In this document: in pieces, positions 23,153 through 35,388 of the stretch
Layout of the letters: each line of letters starts with the position of its first letter
How positions within the stretch are numbered: the stretch's first letter is position 1
Source of the DNA: Fistulifera solaris
Lineage: Eukaryota
Length of the DNA stretch: 64,000 nt
Direction: 5' to 3'
Assembly: GCA_030295235.1 (NCBI GenBank)
Contig: AP026141.1
Coordinates: forward strand, 372,001 to 436,000
The notes under the pieces: generated by a model
The model's database searches: none
The model's input: only the letters and a program-made list of their open reading frames with translations
What the model was told of the DNA's origin: nothing
Program-made: the position numbers and the translations under genes

Positions 23153-24196
23153 TTAATCGGTTTTTTTCGATCGCTTGACTCCCACTTGGTAGCGGCCAAA
23201 GAAGAAAAGAACGAATAAGTACAGATAGCTGCCGTACATGATGAAATTGGGGACAAGGTGGTATTGAACCGACATGAAACATCCGGCCGGCTTTTCGACA
23301 AACAGCAAGTAAGATCCAAATATCGTGACACTCACACCCCCGACCATTTGAGCAATTTGCGCCATGGTGATCCACTTGGCATTCAGCCATTTGGGTTTGA
23401 AATGAACCGCCATGAGGAAATAGTAAAAATACATAATGGCGTGCACGGCGTAGTTCATGACGGCGAAAATAATGGCCGTGGGAGGGTTCATAATGTATCC
23501 TTGCCAGCAAAAGAGAAGAACCGAGATGTGGTGGTACCAGTGTAAGAAGATTAATGGCTTCTTGTGCACCACGATAAAGAAGGTGTCGACCAACTCCCTA
23601 CGACAATGGTGAGTGCCTCGTGTACTTTGAAAAACGCATCAAGTCCAATCAGTCAATTACTTACGGAATTTTGGACAAGACAAAGAACTGCGGGGAAATT
23701 CCAGCGGTTCCACTCCCCACGTTGGATTCGGGATCGTAGCAGAAATTTTCTCTCCAGCTGTAGAACATGTAGTTGTGAATCAAAACGGGCAACAGGCGAC
23801 AGAGACCCCAGAAAGAAAACAGTGAGAGTGAAAAGTTCCAGAGTGCCAGTGTCTTTCGCAGGTTCCAAGCCGGTCGGTTGGCAAAATAGCGGCGTCCGGC
23901 GATGATGGCGACGCCGTAGAATAAGACAACCCAAACGGCCAAGAAAGGACGTTCTCGCATCCAGTCTCGAACAGGAACCGGATCGTACGTCTTCTCGAAA
24001 CTAAAAGCATGAACAAGGTAAGATTACAGTTGTTGATTGAGTTTTTAAGAATTGCCGCATAAACTTACGGCGTCAAGGTTTTCTCGATCCACGGATACAG
24101 ACAACTAAACTCTTCATATTGCACTCCGGCTACATTTGTGCGCACGCACTTTCCGGAAGGGTCCGATGGGTGCCATTGATACATTTGTTCGTCCAT
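23153..24196 (-). CDS. GNS1/SUR4 fatty acid elongase, ELOVL6/delta0-type (copy 1)
   Basis: Three exons (intron 24001-24068 and one after LSKIP); ELVDTFFIVVHKKPLIFLHWYHH, MNYAVHAIMYFYY, ITMAQIAQM; C-terminal KKTD. Confidence 0.92.
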
Positions 24197-24907
24197 GTCG
24201 ATTGTGTGATGATAATTCTTGTATTGTAATAGAAAGAAAAGGTTGCCCCAAGTCTCGTCGTCGTTGCAAGCCTTCTTATTGTGGGGTAATTGTACGAGAG
24301 GAGAGGGCTTTGATTGCGGGGGTCGTCGAACGTCATTTCCGCCTTAAGACGGGGAGGAGCGAAAGCGATTCGTCGAAATGTTTAGCTAGTACAACAAAGT
24401 AGGAAGTGGTAGTAATATCTCCTCTATCTGCGCTGATTTGTAGACGCAATGGCGCGAATCCTTTAAATATTGATTTATATAGCCATAAAGTCGTGGGTAT
24501 CACTTTAAGCACGAAACGTCCGACTTCCCTTGTTATGCCAGAATTACGAGTATCTAAGGAATAGTGCCGTTGAGAAAAATGACGCGAAGAAACAGTAAAG
24601 TCATTCCGAGGTACGACATGGGAATAGTACTTTCGTATCGTGAGTTTAACGTCGGATTGACTAACTAAAATAATCGCTAAATGATAAACTGAAACGACAT
24701 CGCGGTATCCGTTGAAGAGCGGACCTCTCTTTTTTGGAGATGACAATGCCCCGAGAAATTTGGGGTGCGACGTGCGACGCAACGTTCTCGGCATCATCAT
24801 CATCAACAACAACAAAGGCTTCGTCGTCTCTTCCTTACCAGTACATTGCAGCTCACAAGATCTCAAGCAGCTATCATCGAAAGAGTTTGTTGACTGTGTA
24901 AAGAAAA

Positions 24908-25992
24908 ATGGTGGAAAAAATTCAATATCCCGGTTTGAGCGATCCCTCGTTGCAGCACTGTGTCCGTTTCAATTCGGGAAATCAAAAGTATTTGGATTTC
25001 GCATGTCTGTTTCCTACCTTTGGAAAGACCTATCTTCCGTGAGTAACTACATTTGTTTGTTGAGAGAGAAAGGATTATTCTTGAGATGTACACTCACATA
25101 TTCGTTACTTTCATTTTCGTCGTCATCGACTATACGTCAGGTTCGAACTGAACTACGACCCGGTCGGTCCCCGTGATTGGATGAAGGACAATTTCTGGGT
25201 TCCCGTTGCATGCGCTATCATTTATGCTATTGCTATTTTCTGGGGACGTTCGTACTTTGAGAAACGAGCCGCATGGAACTGGCGGGCTCCCTTGGCCTTG
25301 TGGAATTTCGGACTTTCGCTCTTTTCGACGATTGGCTTTCTCCGGGTGGCTCCCTTTGTGTTGTTCAACATCTACTCGTACACCTTGAGAGAAAATTGCT
25401 GCTTTGATCCGGAAAGTCACGTGGGAAGTGGAGCCACCGGATTCTGGTCGCAGATGTTTGTCTTGTCGAAAATTCCGTAAGTCGTCCTTGTCAATCTCCC
25501 TCTCTTCATCGCACAACACTTTTTCTGACATTCGGCGACAGTGAACTCTTTGATACCTTCTTTATTGTGATTCACAAGAAACCTCTTATGTTCCTTCATT
25601 GGTATCATCACATTTCGGTGCTTCTCTTCACTTGGCATGCTTATGTGAACAACTCGCCGACGGGTGCTTTTTTCATCTCCATGAACTATGGTGTTCACGC
25701 AATGATGTATTTCTATTACTTCCTCATGGCGGTTAGAATGAAGCCCAAGTGGTTCAATCCGATCTGGATTACGGTGGCACAAATTTCCCAAATGTTCGTC
25801 GGGGTGTTCTTGACCGTCTATACGACGTATATTCTCCATGTTGAAGAACGCGAAGATTGCTTGATGAGAAAAGATATCAACCAGTCGGCTTTAGTCATGT
25901 ACGGAAGTTATTTGTTCTTGTTCTGCAAGTTCTTCTTTGAGCGATATTACATTCGAGGAAAACCGAGCAAGACGTCCAAAAAAGTAAATTAA
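24908..25992 (+). CDS. GNS1/SUR4 fatty acid elongase, ELOVL6/delta0-type (copy 2)
   Basis: Start MVEKIQYPG; introns 25039-25140 and 25477-25541; KKPLMFLHWYHH, MNYGVHAMMYFYY; C-terminal KKVN. Confidence 0.92.
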
Positions 25993-26878
25993 TCGTTTGT
26001 TCGGGCCTGCTAAGTTACGTGCTTTACTATAAAATTGATGAGTTTATTATGTCTTATGCCGTGATTTGAAGTAGGACGGATGCCGATCATTAGTTCGGGA
26101 ATTAAGGCGGTACATCTCTGAGATCGACTTTGAAGGAGGTTTGAGGTGAAAAATTGTGCAGAACCAATATTCTGATGTCATCGAGAACATTTGATTCAGC
26201 CGCTCTTTCTGGTTTCGCGCTTTAAGTTTAGTTCTGGTGTCGTCTAGACTAGTATACCTGGTAGTCTGAGGGAGCAAACGAAATCATAATCGGCTCGTGA
26301 GTCATGAAGATAGTCAAAAAGGGTTACGGGTTGATGGTTTTTCATTTGGGTACCGGTTGGGGGTAGAACTATCTCCAAAAAGTAAAAGCCATCTTGAGTA
26401 ATGTAAGCACAAATACTGCTCATTTATCTATCAAACGTCATCGTTTTTCGGATTAGAGATCCGTTAATAGCTAAATTTTTCATCAGTCATACTTTGAAAT
26501 GTCATTCCCTTCATGCGACGTTTTTAGCTTAGCACTTGCTACTTTTGACAAAAGGAATGCATTCGAGGGTTTCTTGTTTTGCATGATGACGGTCGGCGTG
26601 AGGATTGGACTGTCACGTCCCGACTATATATGAAACAGTAGCCAGGAACGGTCATCTGTTCTATTACATCTTATACAGATCGAAGTCAGACTTGATCTTG
26701 TATGATTCGCAAGTGCCGTATTCTCGAGAACGAACAAAAGCATTGGGTCCGTCGGTTTTTCATCGCCATCGTCACCTCCTCACGTCGACATTCATTCATC
26801 CAACCTTACATTCTCCTTTTGAGAGACGATTCTTATTATTGACTTGCTGGCTAGCTCCACGCGACGAGCTCCCTAAGT

Positions 26879-28007
26879 ATGGCTGTTGATCCCTGTCTCG
26901 CCGTCAATGGCGACAACCTTGAGTACCGAGAATTCTCCTGTCTTTACCCTCAAGTAGAGCACTTGTACACAAGGTGCGTTGCTGCTACAACATTATAATC
27001 TCCTGAGGACTTTAATTTTCCTTTATTTCCAAGGTCTTGTGACGAACAAGACGTCCATTGTTGTGCAGAGCATGTACATGAGCCATGCCTTCGATTTTGC
27101 GCCTCGTCATTCCTAATCTTACTTACTTTTGTCTTTTGCACTCGACAGCTTTGAGAAATTCTATGACCCTATTCCCTTGTTGAACTGGATGAAAGGGCAG
27201 CCGGGTATTCCGGTTGCGGCGTGTATCATTTATGCAGTATCGATCTATTACGGTCAGGCTTACTTTGCCAAGCGCGATCGTTGGAACTGGCGAAATACTC
27301 TGGCCGTGTGGAATCTATTTCTGAGCGTCTTTTCGTTTGTGGGCATGTTACGTACCGCGCCGCACTTGTTTCACAACTTGACGCACCTTTCGTTCCGTGA
27401 CAATATGTGCCTGGATCCCCGAACCACGTACGGCAGTGGAAGCACGGGATTGTGGGTGCAGTTGTTCATCTTGTCCAAGTTTCCGTAAGTAGTGCTGCCC
27501 GTCTTTATTTAAGAATCTTTCGCGACGGCTCTAATTCGCTCGGTCTTGATCTCTTACTTTTCACAGTGAACTGATCGACACCTTCTTCATTGTGATTCAC
27601 AAGAAGCCCCTCATTTTCCTGCACTGGTATCACCACATCACGGTGCTCTTATACTGCTGGCATTCGTACGTTACGACATCCCCGACGGGTATTATTTTCA
27701 CTGCCATGAACTATACGGTTCATGCTACCATGTACGGCTATTACTTTCTCATGGCCCTTCGAATGAAACCCAAGTGGTTCAATCCTATGGTCATCACTGC
27801 GATGCAGATTAGTCAAATGGTCGTCGGAGTGGCCACGACCATTGTGAGCTATTACTACTTCTTAACGGATGCCGAATGTGCTTTGGATCGGGGCAACAAC
27901 ATTGCGGCCTTTCTCATGTACGGAAGTTACTTGTTCCTCTTCTGTCAGTTCTTTTCTCGAGATACTTTTCGCTCAAGAGCTCGCCTGTCAAAAAGAAGAC
28001 AGTTTAA
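26879..28007 (+). CDS. GNS1/SUR4 fatty acid elongase, ELOVL6/delta0-type (copy 3)
   Basis: Start MAVDPCLAV; introns 26974-27148 and 27485-27566; KKPLIFLHWYHH. Restoring one T at 27952-27955 gives FFFSRYFSLKSSPVKKKTV*, a KKxx end like the two paralogs. Confidence 0.92.
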
Positions 28008-28574
28008 AAGATTGTGTTTCTTCTATCCGCTACTTTTTGTCTGGCTCTTGGACGTTTGAAATAATCTATAAAAGAAAATCAATAATAGGACTGCTGGACT
28101 GCTGTACTCACTTAGAAAAACTTTCAGCGTTTTGGTAGTTCATGCAGCTCGTCCTATTCTATAAAAAAAAAGCGAGAATAGTCTAGATCATATTTCGTAC
28201 CTCCGTACACTGTATATGACAGCTAGGACGTAGTGATTTTACACTTCAGAAAATGCTGATCAATGAACATTCTTCATCTAGATTTTGCTCTTTGGCTTTA
28301 GCTCTGGGCTACCGGTAGCTCGGAGCTCGGGGTTCAGAGATCCAGTACCAATACGACAGATGAAAGCTATGTCGAAAATTTTCTATCTCGTGACTTGTTT
28401 TGCGTGACTTGCTTTAATGTCGTTCTCATTTTTTGCCATTGATCGTCCTCTTCGATCTTCGATAGACCTATAGTTTGAAAGTATTGTTATCGCAATCGGG
28501 AGCAGGAGGAGCTCTCTTCTATTAAACTGCTTGTTCATACAGCAAAGTATTATTTTCAGCAAAGTTGTAACGAA

Positions 28575-29678
28575 ATGAGTCCAGCCAAAGTAGCCGTCAT
28601 CGGGGCCGGTTGGTGGTCGCAGGGATGGCATTTGCGCCATTTGGACGCGAATCCGAATTGCGACCTGGTTGCCATCGTAGATCTAGAAGAACAAATGAAC
28701 CCCGACTTGGATTCGCTGACGACTCTTTCCGAGAAGTACCACTGCCGGAAATACTATTCTGTCGAAGATCTGTTACAAAATGAAGAGTTGGATGGCGTGA
28801 TCGTAGCGACGCCCCATGCGACACACTACGAGATCGGAAAATGTATTGTGAACGCGCAAAAGAATATTCATATTTTAATGGAAAAGCCCATGACGACGGT
28901 ATTATCCGATGCACGCGAATTGTTGAAAATGGTACAGCACTACAAGCCGTCGTTTCTGGTCAATCACACGGCCAACTATCGCACACAAGCCCAACAGGCG
29001 CGAGACATTTTAGGGACAGGACAAATCGGTCGAATTCGACACGTTTCGGCGTTCTTTGCCTCGCCGTTAAAGTCGATCTTTCAAAACGAAAGTCGTAAAG
29101 ATTGGAATGAGCCATCCAAGGGGATGTTGGGCAATGGCTTTACGTACGGCCAGATGACTCATCTGGTGGCATGGATTTTCCACGTGTGCACGGACCTAAA
29201 TCCTTGTAGTGTTTCTTGTCATATGACACACTGCCCAAAGACGGGTGCGGATATTGCTGTGGCGGCTACCGTAACTTGTGACAAAGATGCGGTAATGAGT
29301 ATTTCGGGTACATCGTTGTTGCCCGGCGATGCGCATCATGATCCACCGGTCGGAAAACGTGTGCGCATTGAAATCTATGGTGAGGAGGGTGCCTTGTTTT
29401 ATAGTGGTGTTGATACGGATCCGTCGTCTGGAAAGTTGGAAGTGGTGGATGTCGAGGGGAACTTTATCACCCAAAATGAGCGGTTTGATTTTGAAAACAC
29501 GGATAATACGGGTACTGGTCCCGAGTCACTGCAGAATTGGATCAAGGCGTGTAACGGGGAAACGGATTACTATGTGGGAGCCGATTGTGAACTCGGAATG
29601 AAAGCAGTAGCAGTAGTGGCGGCCATGTACGAAAGTCACCATAACGACCAGACCGCGGTAATTGATTTGGTCTCCTAA
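28575..29678 (+). CDS. Gfo/Idh/MocA family NAD(P)-dependent oxidoreductase
   Basis: Rossmann VAVIGAGWW, LDGVIVATPHATH, HILMEKPM, GQIGRI; intronless 367 aa. Confidence 0.92.
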   Translation: MSPAKVAVIGAGWWSQGWHLRHLDANPNCDLVAIVDLEEQMNPDLDSLTTLSEKYHCRKYYSVEDLLQNEELDGVIVATPHATHYEIGKCIVNAQKNIHILMEKPMTTVLSDARELLKMVQHYKPSFLVNHTANYRTQAQQARDILGTGQIGRIRHVSAFFASPLKSIFQNESRKDWNEPSKGMLGNGFTYGQMTHLVAWIFHVCTDLNPCSVSCHMTHCPKTGADIAVAATVTCDKDAVMSISGTSLLPGDAHHDPPVGKRVRIEIYGEEGALFYSGVDTDPSSGKLEVVDVEGNFITQNERFDFENTDNTGTGPESLQNWIKACNGETDYYVGADCELGMKAVAVVAAMYESHHNDQTAVIDLVS

Positions 29679-29984
29679 TTCCTTATGTTTGTGAAAAGAC
29701 TTGATAAATGATTGCAAAAAAATGTTGATAAGATTGTCTTTCGGGCATGTAGACTAGAGAAGACCTACTGTACGGATGTCGGAAAACACTTTTTCTCGTT
29801 AAATTATCCAGGACTCTCCAGTCACGATCCGTATGACTGTCGTCCGCGTTCATAGTAGTCGGTTCGTGTCACCGCGTACTGTACCAGTAAGGTATTTATC
29901 ACCATAATTTTTCTTGGATCATCGCAAAACTTTTTTGCATTTCAGTCTTCTGTTTTCCGACGGAAAGAGTCGTCCGAACGCACC

Positions 29985-32900
29985 ATGGGAGTCCCGAAAT
30001 TCTTCCGATGGCTTTCCGAACGCTATCCCAGAATCATTCAGCGTCATGGGAGTCGCCCTACGAGCGCTACGTGTCAGGAGCATTTCGGAAAGCCACCACC
30101 CGACTATTTGCCTCCGCCGGATCCGCTCTCGGAATGCGGCTTGGCACCGGAAATCGACCGTCTGTACATTGATATGAATGGGATCATTCATGGATGTTCC
30201 CATAATAATGCCGATCTCGAGTTGAATCCGGACGCCGAAGGAGAAGCGGATATTTCCGAAGAAGAGATCTTTCGAAATGTGTCGTACTATTTAGACCGGA
30301 TCATCAAGGATATCGCGCAACCAAAAGAACTTGTCTACATGGCGATTGATGGTGTGGCGCCCCGTGCCAAATTAAATCAACAACGAGCTAGAAGGTACAG
30401 GTCGGGTCAGGAGGGAGAGATTGAACAGACCGTCTACGACGCTCACATCAAAGCCATGGAACGCGAGCAAGATGAGATGAAAAAACTCAAGGAAGCAAAA
30501 GAAAGGGATAGTCAGGAATACTCTGCAGCTGGGGACGAAAAAGTAAAGGAAATTCAACCGGGTCGTTTTACGGGCAAGTTTGAAACGGTTGAGGGCTCGT
30601 CGTATTCTGAAGGTGCCGAAGGCGACAAGAAAAAAGTTTCACTCGAATACCATCACTCCGGGCACCGAGTTTTTCCAGCGTTGCACCGATTATTTGGAGC
30701 AATTCATCAAAGATAAAGTAGCTCATGATCCTGCGTGGCAGAATTTGACCATTGTCTTTTCGGGTCCTCATGTACCCGGCGAAGGTGAACACAAAATCAT
30801 GCAATTCATGCGTGAGCAACAAGCCAAAGATGATTACAATCCCAACCTCCGTCACTGTATCGTGGGTCAGGATGGTGACTTGGTCATGTTGGGTTTGGCC
30901 ACGCATGAACCAAATCTGGTTTTACTGAGAGAACAAGTCGTATTTTCCAAGCGGGCCTTGCAAGCGGAGCGACTCTCGCAAAAGTACGGTCTTGATATGT
31001 ACATTCACAATCCGAACTTTGAATTCATGCACATGAATTTGCTTCGGGACTATTTGGCTTTGGAGTTCCGAACTTCGAACGTCTTCCCGAACTCGTCCTT
31101 TGATCTGGAACACACGGTCGACGACTTTGTTTTCATGACATTTCTGGTTGGAAATGATTTCCTTCCGCACATGCCGGCGATGGATATCGCCGACGAAGCA
31201 TTTGATCTAATCTTTTCACGTACCGTGAATTGAGAAAAAAGTGGCTTCGGCAAAGCAACAAACGTCCTGGACTGGTTCCTTATCTGACACATGAGGGCAA
31301 TATAGTGTCAGGACGTCGTTTGGAGGAATTTCTGACTCTTCTTGGTCAACATGAACTCCACTATTATGACTACAAGAAAACAAACGAGAATTTGGAAGAA
31401 ACAAGACGAGTTGAGGATAAGTATGGCTACGACTTTACCCCGAGTGACGATGTTATTGTCTCAAAAGAAGAGTCCGATCGTGCCCGTTTTCGAGAAATGA
31501 TACGCAAAAATCTGGAAGATGATACCAGTGATGTTGAATTGCAAACACCGGACCAAGCGGAGTTTTTCACGCCAGTACTCTCTGGCCCGTTGCACAGACG
31601 CCGGGCTATCGCTGGCGACGAGCCGGGTGTAGATGGTGAAGGTGCCGGGTTATTTACGCGTATGGGAAGCTTATTGCAATACTCAATCGCGTCAGATGAT
31701 TCCGGTAGCACTTCGTTCCAGATCGATGACCAAGACGTGAAAGGAAGGTACTACTACGATAAATTTGGATTTTCGCCATTCGATGCAGAGAAACACGTTG
31801 CACTTCGGAAAGCGTACATAGAGGGGCTCGTGTGGAACTTGAAATACTATTACGAAGGGTGTGTTTCGTGGGAGTGGTATTATCCATACCACTACGGTCC
31901 CATGTTGAGCGATCTTGTTGGTTTAGAGAAAATTTTGAAAGAAATCTCGTTTGAAGGGAAGATGGGTGAACCTCTGAAGCCTTTCGAACAACTTATGGCT
32001 TGCATGCCACCTTCTCATGCAAAATTACTTCCCGAGCCCTATCGGCCTCTTATGACAGACGACAACTCACCCATCGCATCATTCTATCCGCGTACCTTTA
32101 CAATCGATATGAATGGAAAACGATGGCCTTGGGAGGCTGTGGTTCTTTTGCCTTTCATTGATAGCAAGCGTCTCATTGAAGCGGCGAAATCGGTTGACTC
32201 CTCGTTGCTCTCAGCGGAGGAATTAAATCGCAATAGGCAAGGCGAGCCAGTGGTGTTTCAACGACTGGCAGATAATAGGGATGCCTCTTTTGAGAGCAAG
32301 ATTGAGGTGACGCCGTTTTCGTCCAGCATTTTACACTATGCTGGTCACCGGTTACCACTCTTTCGACCAAAGCTTAAAGATGGTATCCAGGTACCGCTTG
32401 GTGGTCGTCCGACATTATGTGACGGGCTTGTTGAAAGTGTGATGCTTCGATCTGTACATCTCAATGTTCATGGTATGCAGAGTCGGTACAAAACGGCTTG
32501 TTTGGAGCTCAGAAATGAAGCACCGGAGGTTCTTCCTGCCGAAACTATAGCCCCTCATCTAATCGGGACAGTTGTCTACATTGATTACCCCCATCTGACG
32601 GAAGCTTTTGTCACGGCCGTCTCTGATCAGCAATGCATCGTTCGAGGTAACAAAACGAAGCGTCCGTGGTCGCTGAAAGAAGCTGCTGACCGCAAAATCG
32701 AAAAAAGGCGATTGATGAAGAAGTTTTTCTTTGGAGACCAATTACCAGGTTCTGGAGGTATTTCATTCGGTAAACTAGATAGCATGATGGAGATGGAGAC
32801 AGTGCTTCATGTTCGCCCGCTGCGTGGACTTGAAACACTGCATGATGGGAGAGTTGTGAAGACTTTCGCTAAGTTTGAGGTAGAAGTACCACTATTCGTT

Positions 32901-32993
32901 ACGTCGTTCCTTCCTCGCGAAGATGACAAAAGACTTGTAGGTATACCAGTCAAACTCGAAGAAGACCCTTTTATTCCACCAAGACGCTTGTGA
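29985..32993 (+). CDS. XRN: XRN-family 5'-3' exoribonuclease
   Basis: MGVPKFFRWLSERYP, LYIDMNGIIH, AIDGVAPRAKLNQQRARR, NTITPGTEF, VPGEGEHKIM, GQDGDLVMLGL, LVGNDFLPH, SWEWYYPYHYGP, WEAVVLLPF. Frameshifts at 30630-30635 (+1) and 31213-31216 (-1). 3' end uncertain (see findings). Confidence 0.93.
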
Positions 32994-33210
32994 GTAAACG
33001 AATGTTGAGAGGAGAAGAGGATGCAGCTCAAGCATCGAAGCGTTTGGTGAAAGGATCTGGCGCTTTTTCGTACACCATGAGGCGCCCCGTAAAATAAGTT
33101 CGCGTGCATTTCATTCGAATGCAGCTGAGTTTTCATTTCAATCCAATTTTTCGACAATCTCGAATATTCCTTTCGGAAGGAAGGGTCTTGCTGAGCGCCC
33201 CATTGCCAGG

Positions 33211-34157
33211 ATGACACCGAACTCAAGCTTGTCACAGAGAGCCGCTTTCCGACCCAACTTTATGGGTACACGGCACACCTCCTTCGGTGGCAGCAAAGGT
33301 TTCTCCCTTTGTTTTGTGATTGGACTTTCGTTCTTTGCTAATGCCTATGCGTCCATCTTGGGTCCTATGGGCAATGAATATTTTGCTTCTTCGCATCCAG
33401 CTCTCAGTCAAATTCCGAAGATGACCGAGGATGCTTCGGGCTACGGGTTGGTGACGCGTTCTACACCTCCTCTGGAGTTTGAGCATGGCACAACCACACT
33501 CTCTTTCTATTCCAAGGAGGAATCATCGCTGCTGTGGACTCGAGAGCCAGTTTAGGAAGTTTCGTCGGTTCCAAGACGGTCCAAAAGGTTCTCCCCATTA
33601 ACTCGCACATCATTGGGACCATGGCCGGCGGTGCGGCCGATTGCAGTTACTGGATTCGTCTGGTCTCGCAGGAAGCGTCGTTTTACGAGCTTTCTCGTTC
33701 ACGTCGCATTTCGGTGACGCGCGTGGCAACTCTTTTGAGTAATGCACTGTATCAGAATCGGAATCTGGGTTTGTCAGTGGGCACCATGATTATGGGTTAC
33801 GACGAAGACGACGAAGCGAGTCCTCCCAAAATTTACTATGTCGACGATTCCGGTGCTCGTATCTCCGGCGACATGTTTGCCGTCGGTTCGGGGAGTACAT
33901 TTGCATTGGGCATTCTTGATACCGAACGGAAGTACGAAATGACTGTAGAAGAAGCAATTGATCTGGGCATCAAAGCGATCCGGCATGCAACTTTCCGAGA
34001 TGCGTATTCTGGAGGTTTTATCAATGTCTTTTTGATTACACGGAACGAGGGCTGGCGGCGTGTGTATAGTGAAGACTTATCGCGGTTTTTACGAGACCCA
34101 AGCAGCGGAAATCGCATCCCTCTGGAGCCAGAGCAGGATGCAAAACAAGAACAATAG
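33211..34157 (+). CDS. PSMB5: 20S proteasome subunit beta5 with hydrophobic N-terminal extension
   Basis: Autocleavage site EHG/TTTLSF, then (after restoring one T at 33504-33506) LFQGGIIAAVDSRAS, GTMAGGAADC, GLSVGTMI, VGSGS, ATFRDAYSGG. Confidence 0.92.
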
Positions 34158-34479
34158 AGTAAACATTGTAGGGGTCCTGAAAAGGATTAGGAACCATAAC
34201 TAGAGAGTCGGTTTTACCTGGCGTCAGTCTATAGAACATAGAACGCCGTGTGCCGTGTATGTGTCAACTAATTTGTGGGTCACGAGTGAGTCATGAGTCC
34301 TGAAGAAGTTTCGAAAATAGCTAGACTGATACCAGTACGACTCGATACGTTGTCCGGAGGCCGTCGTTTTATTGTCGTTGGCAGTTGTGGCAAAGTTGTT
34401 AAAAAGGCCGATGAAACGAATCTCATTGCCTCCTCTGACAACATTGTTTAACACAAAAACAAGATTTATCTAATCCAAC

Positions 34480-35148
34480 ATGTCCAACAACAACAATAGC
34501 AACGACGAGTATCAACAAGACGGCCCCGAAGCCCGTGAAATTGCCAAATACCTTCCGTACTTTCCCTTCAAAGGCATTCCTCGTTTTTACGATATCGGTG
34601 GTTTCTTGTACGAACCCGCCATCTTTCAACAGATTGTGGATATTTTTACGGCACGCTACCGTGGACTCGCCGTGGATTGCATTGCCGGATTGGATGCCCG
34701 AGGGTTTGTCCTCGGCCCACCCATTGCCTTGGCCTTACAAAAACCATTTGTGATGATGCGCAAGCAAGGCAAGATGCCCAATACTATTAGTAGTACTCAA
34801 TACGAAACCGAATACGGGAGTCGTTCCGGATTAACGGTACAACGGGATCGTATTCAACAAGGAATGCGTGTTCTCATTATTGATGATCTCGTGGCGACGG
34901 GGGGAACCTTGTCTTCGGCCATTACGTTAGTCAAAATGTTGGGGGGCATTCCGGTGGAGTGCGCCTGCGTCGTGGAGCTCAAAATGTTCATTGATCCCCC
35001 GAAGGAGAGTGGTTTGCCCAGTCGGACCGAACTCTTTCGCAAATTGGGACACGATCATGTCCCCATTTGGGGCTTGATTTCGGAAGATGTACTCACATTG
35101 GAAGCCCCGCTTCCGGAGGGATACGTCGATGATGGAGAAGAACACTAG
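34480..35148 (+). CDS. APT: Adenine phosphoribosyltransferase
   Basis: FYDIGGFL, IAGLDARGF, MRKQGKMP, YETEYG, PRPP motif VLIIDDLVATGGT. Confidence 0.93.
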   Translation: MSNNNNSNDEYQQDGPEAREIAKYLPYFPFKGIPRFYDIGGFLYEPAIFQQIVDIFTARYRGLAVDCIAGLDARGFVLGPPIALALQKPFVMMRKQGKMPNTISSTQYETEYGSRSGLTVQRDRIQQGMRVLIIDDLVATGGTLSSAITLVKMLGGIPVECACVVELKMFIDPPKESGLPSRTELFRKLGHDHVPIWGLISEDVLTLEAPLPEGYVDDGEEH

Positions 35149-35206
35149 TGATGATTGAATGAATCAATCAGCAGTTACTAGTAAAAATAATAAATATTGT
35201 TATTGA

Positions 35207-35354
35207 CTGGCAGGTGTATGTATGTCATAACCCTTCCAGAGGTACTTGCACATCACATCATACGTCGTCGCAATGGTAGCCTGGCAGGTGTATGTATGTC
35301 ATAACCCTTCCAGAGGTACTTGCACATCACATCATACGTCGTCGCAATGGTAGC
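35207..35354. repeat. Perfect 74-bp tandem duplication (2 copies) between the convergent APT and DHHC 3' ends
   Basis: ctggcaggtgtatgtatgtc...gtcgcaatggtagc occurs at 35207-35280 and again at 35281-35354. Confidence 0.95.
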
Positions 35355-35388
35355 CCTTCCCTCGTCCCATCTCTGCACTAACTCTCCA

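Noticed and set aside
28575..29678. Intronless Gfo/Idh/MocA gene as a horizontal transfer or as part of the elongase pathway
   Set aside because: Intronless genes are common in this window, composition looks like the neighbours, and elongation reductases belong to other families. A phylogeny would be needed.
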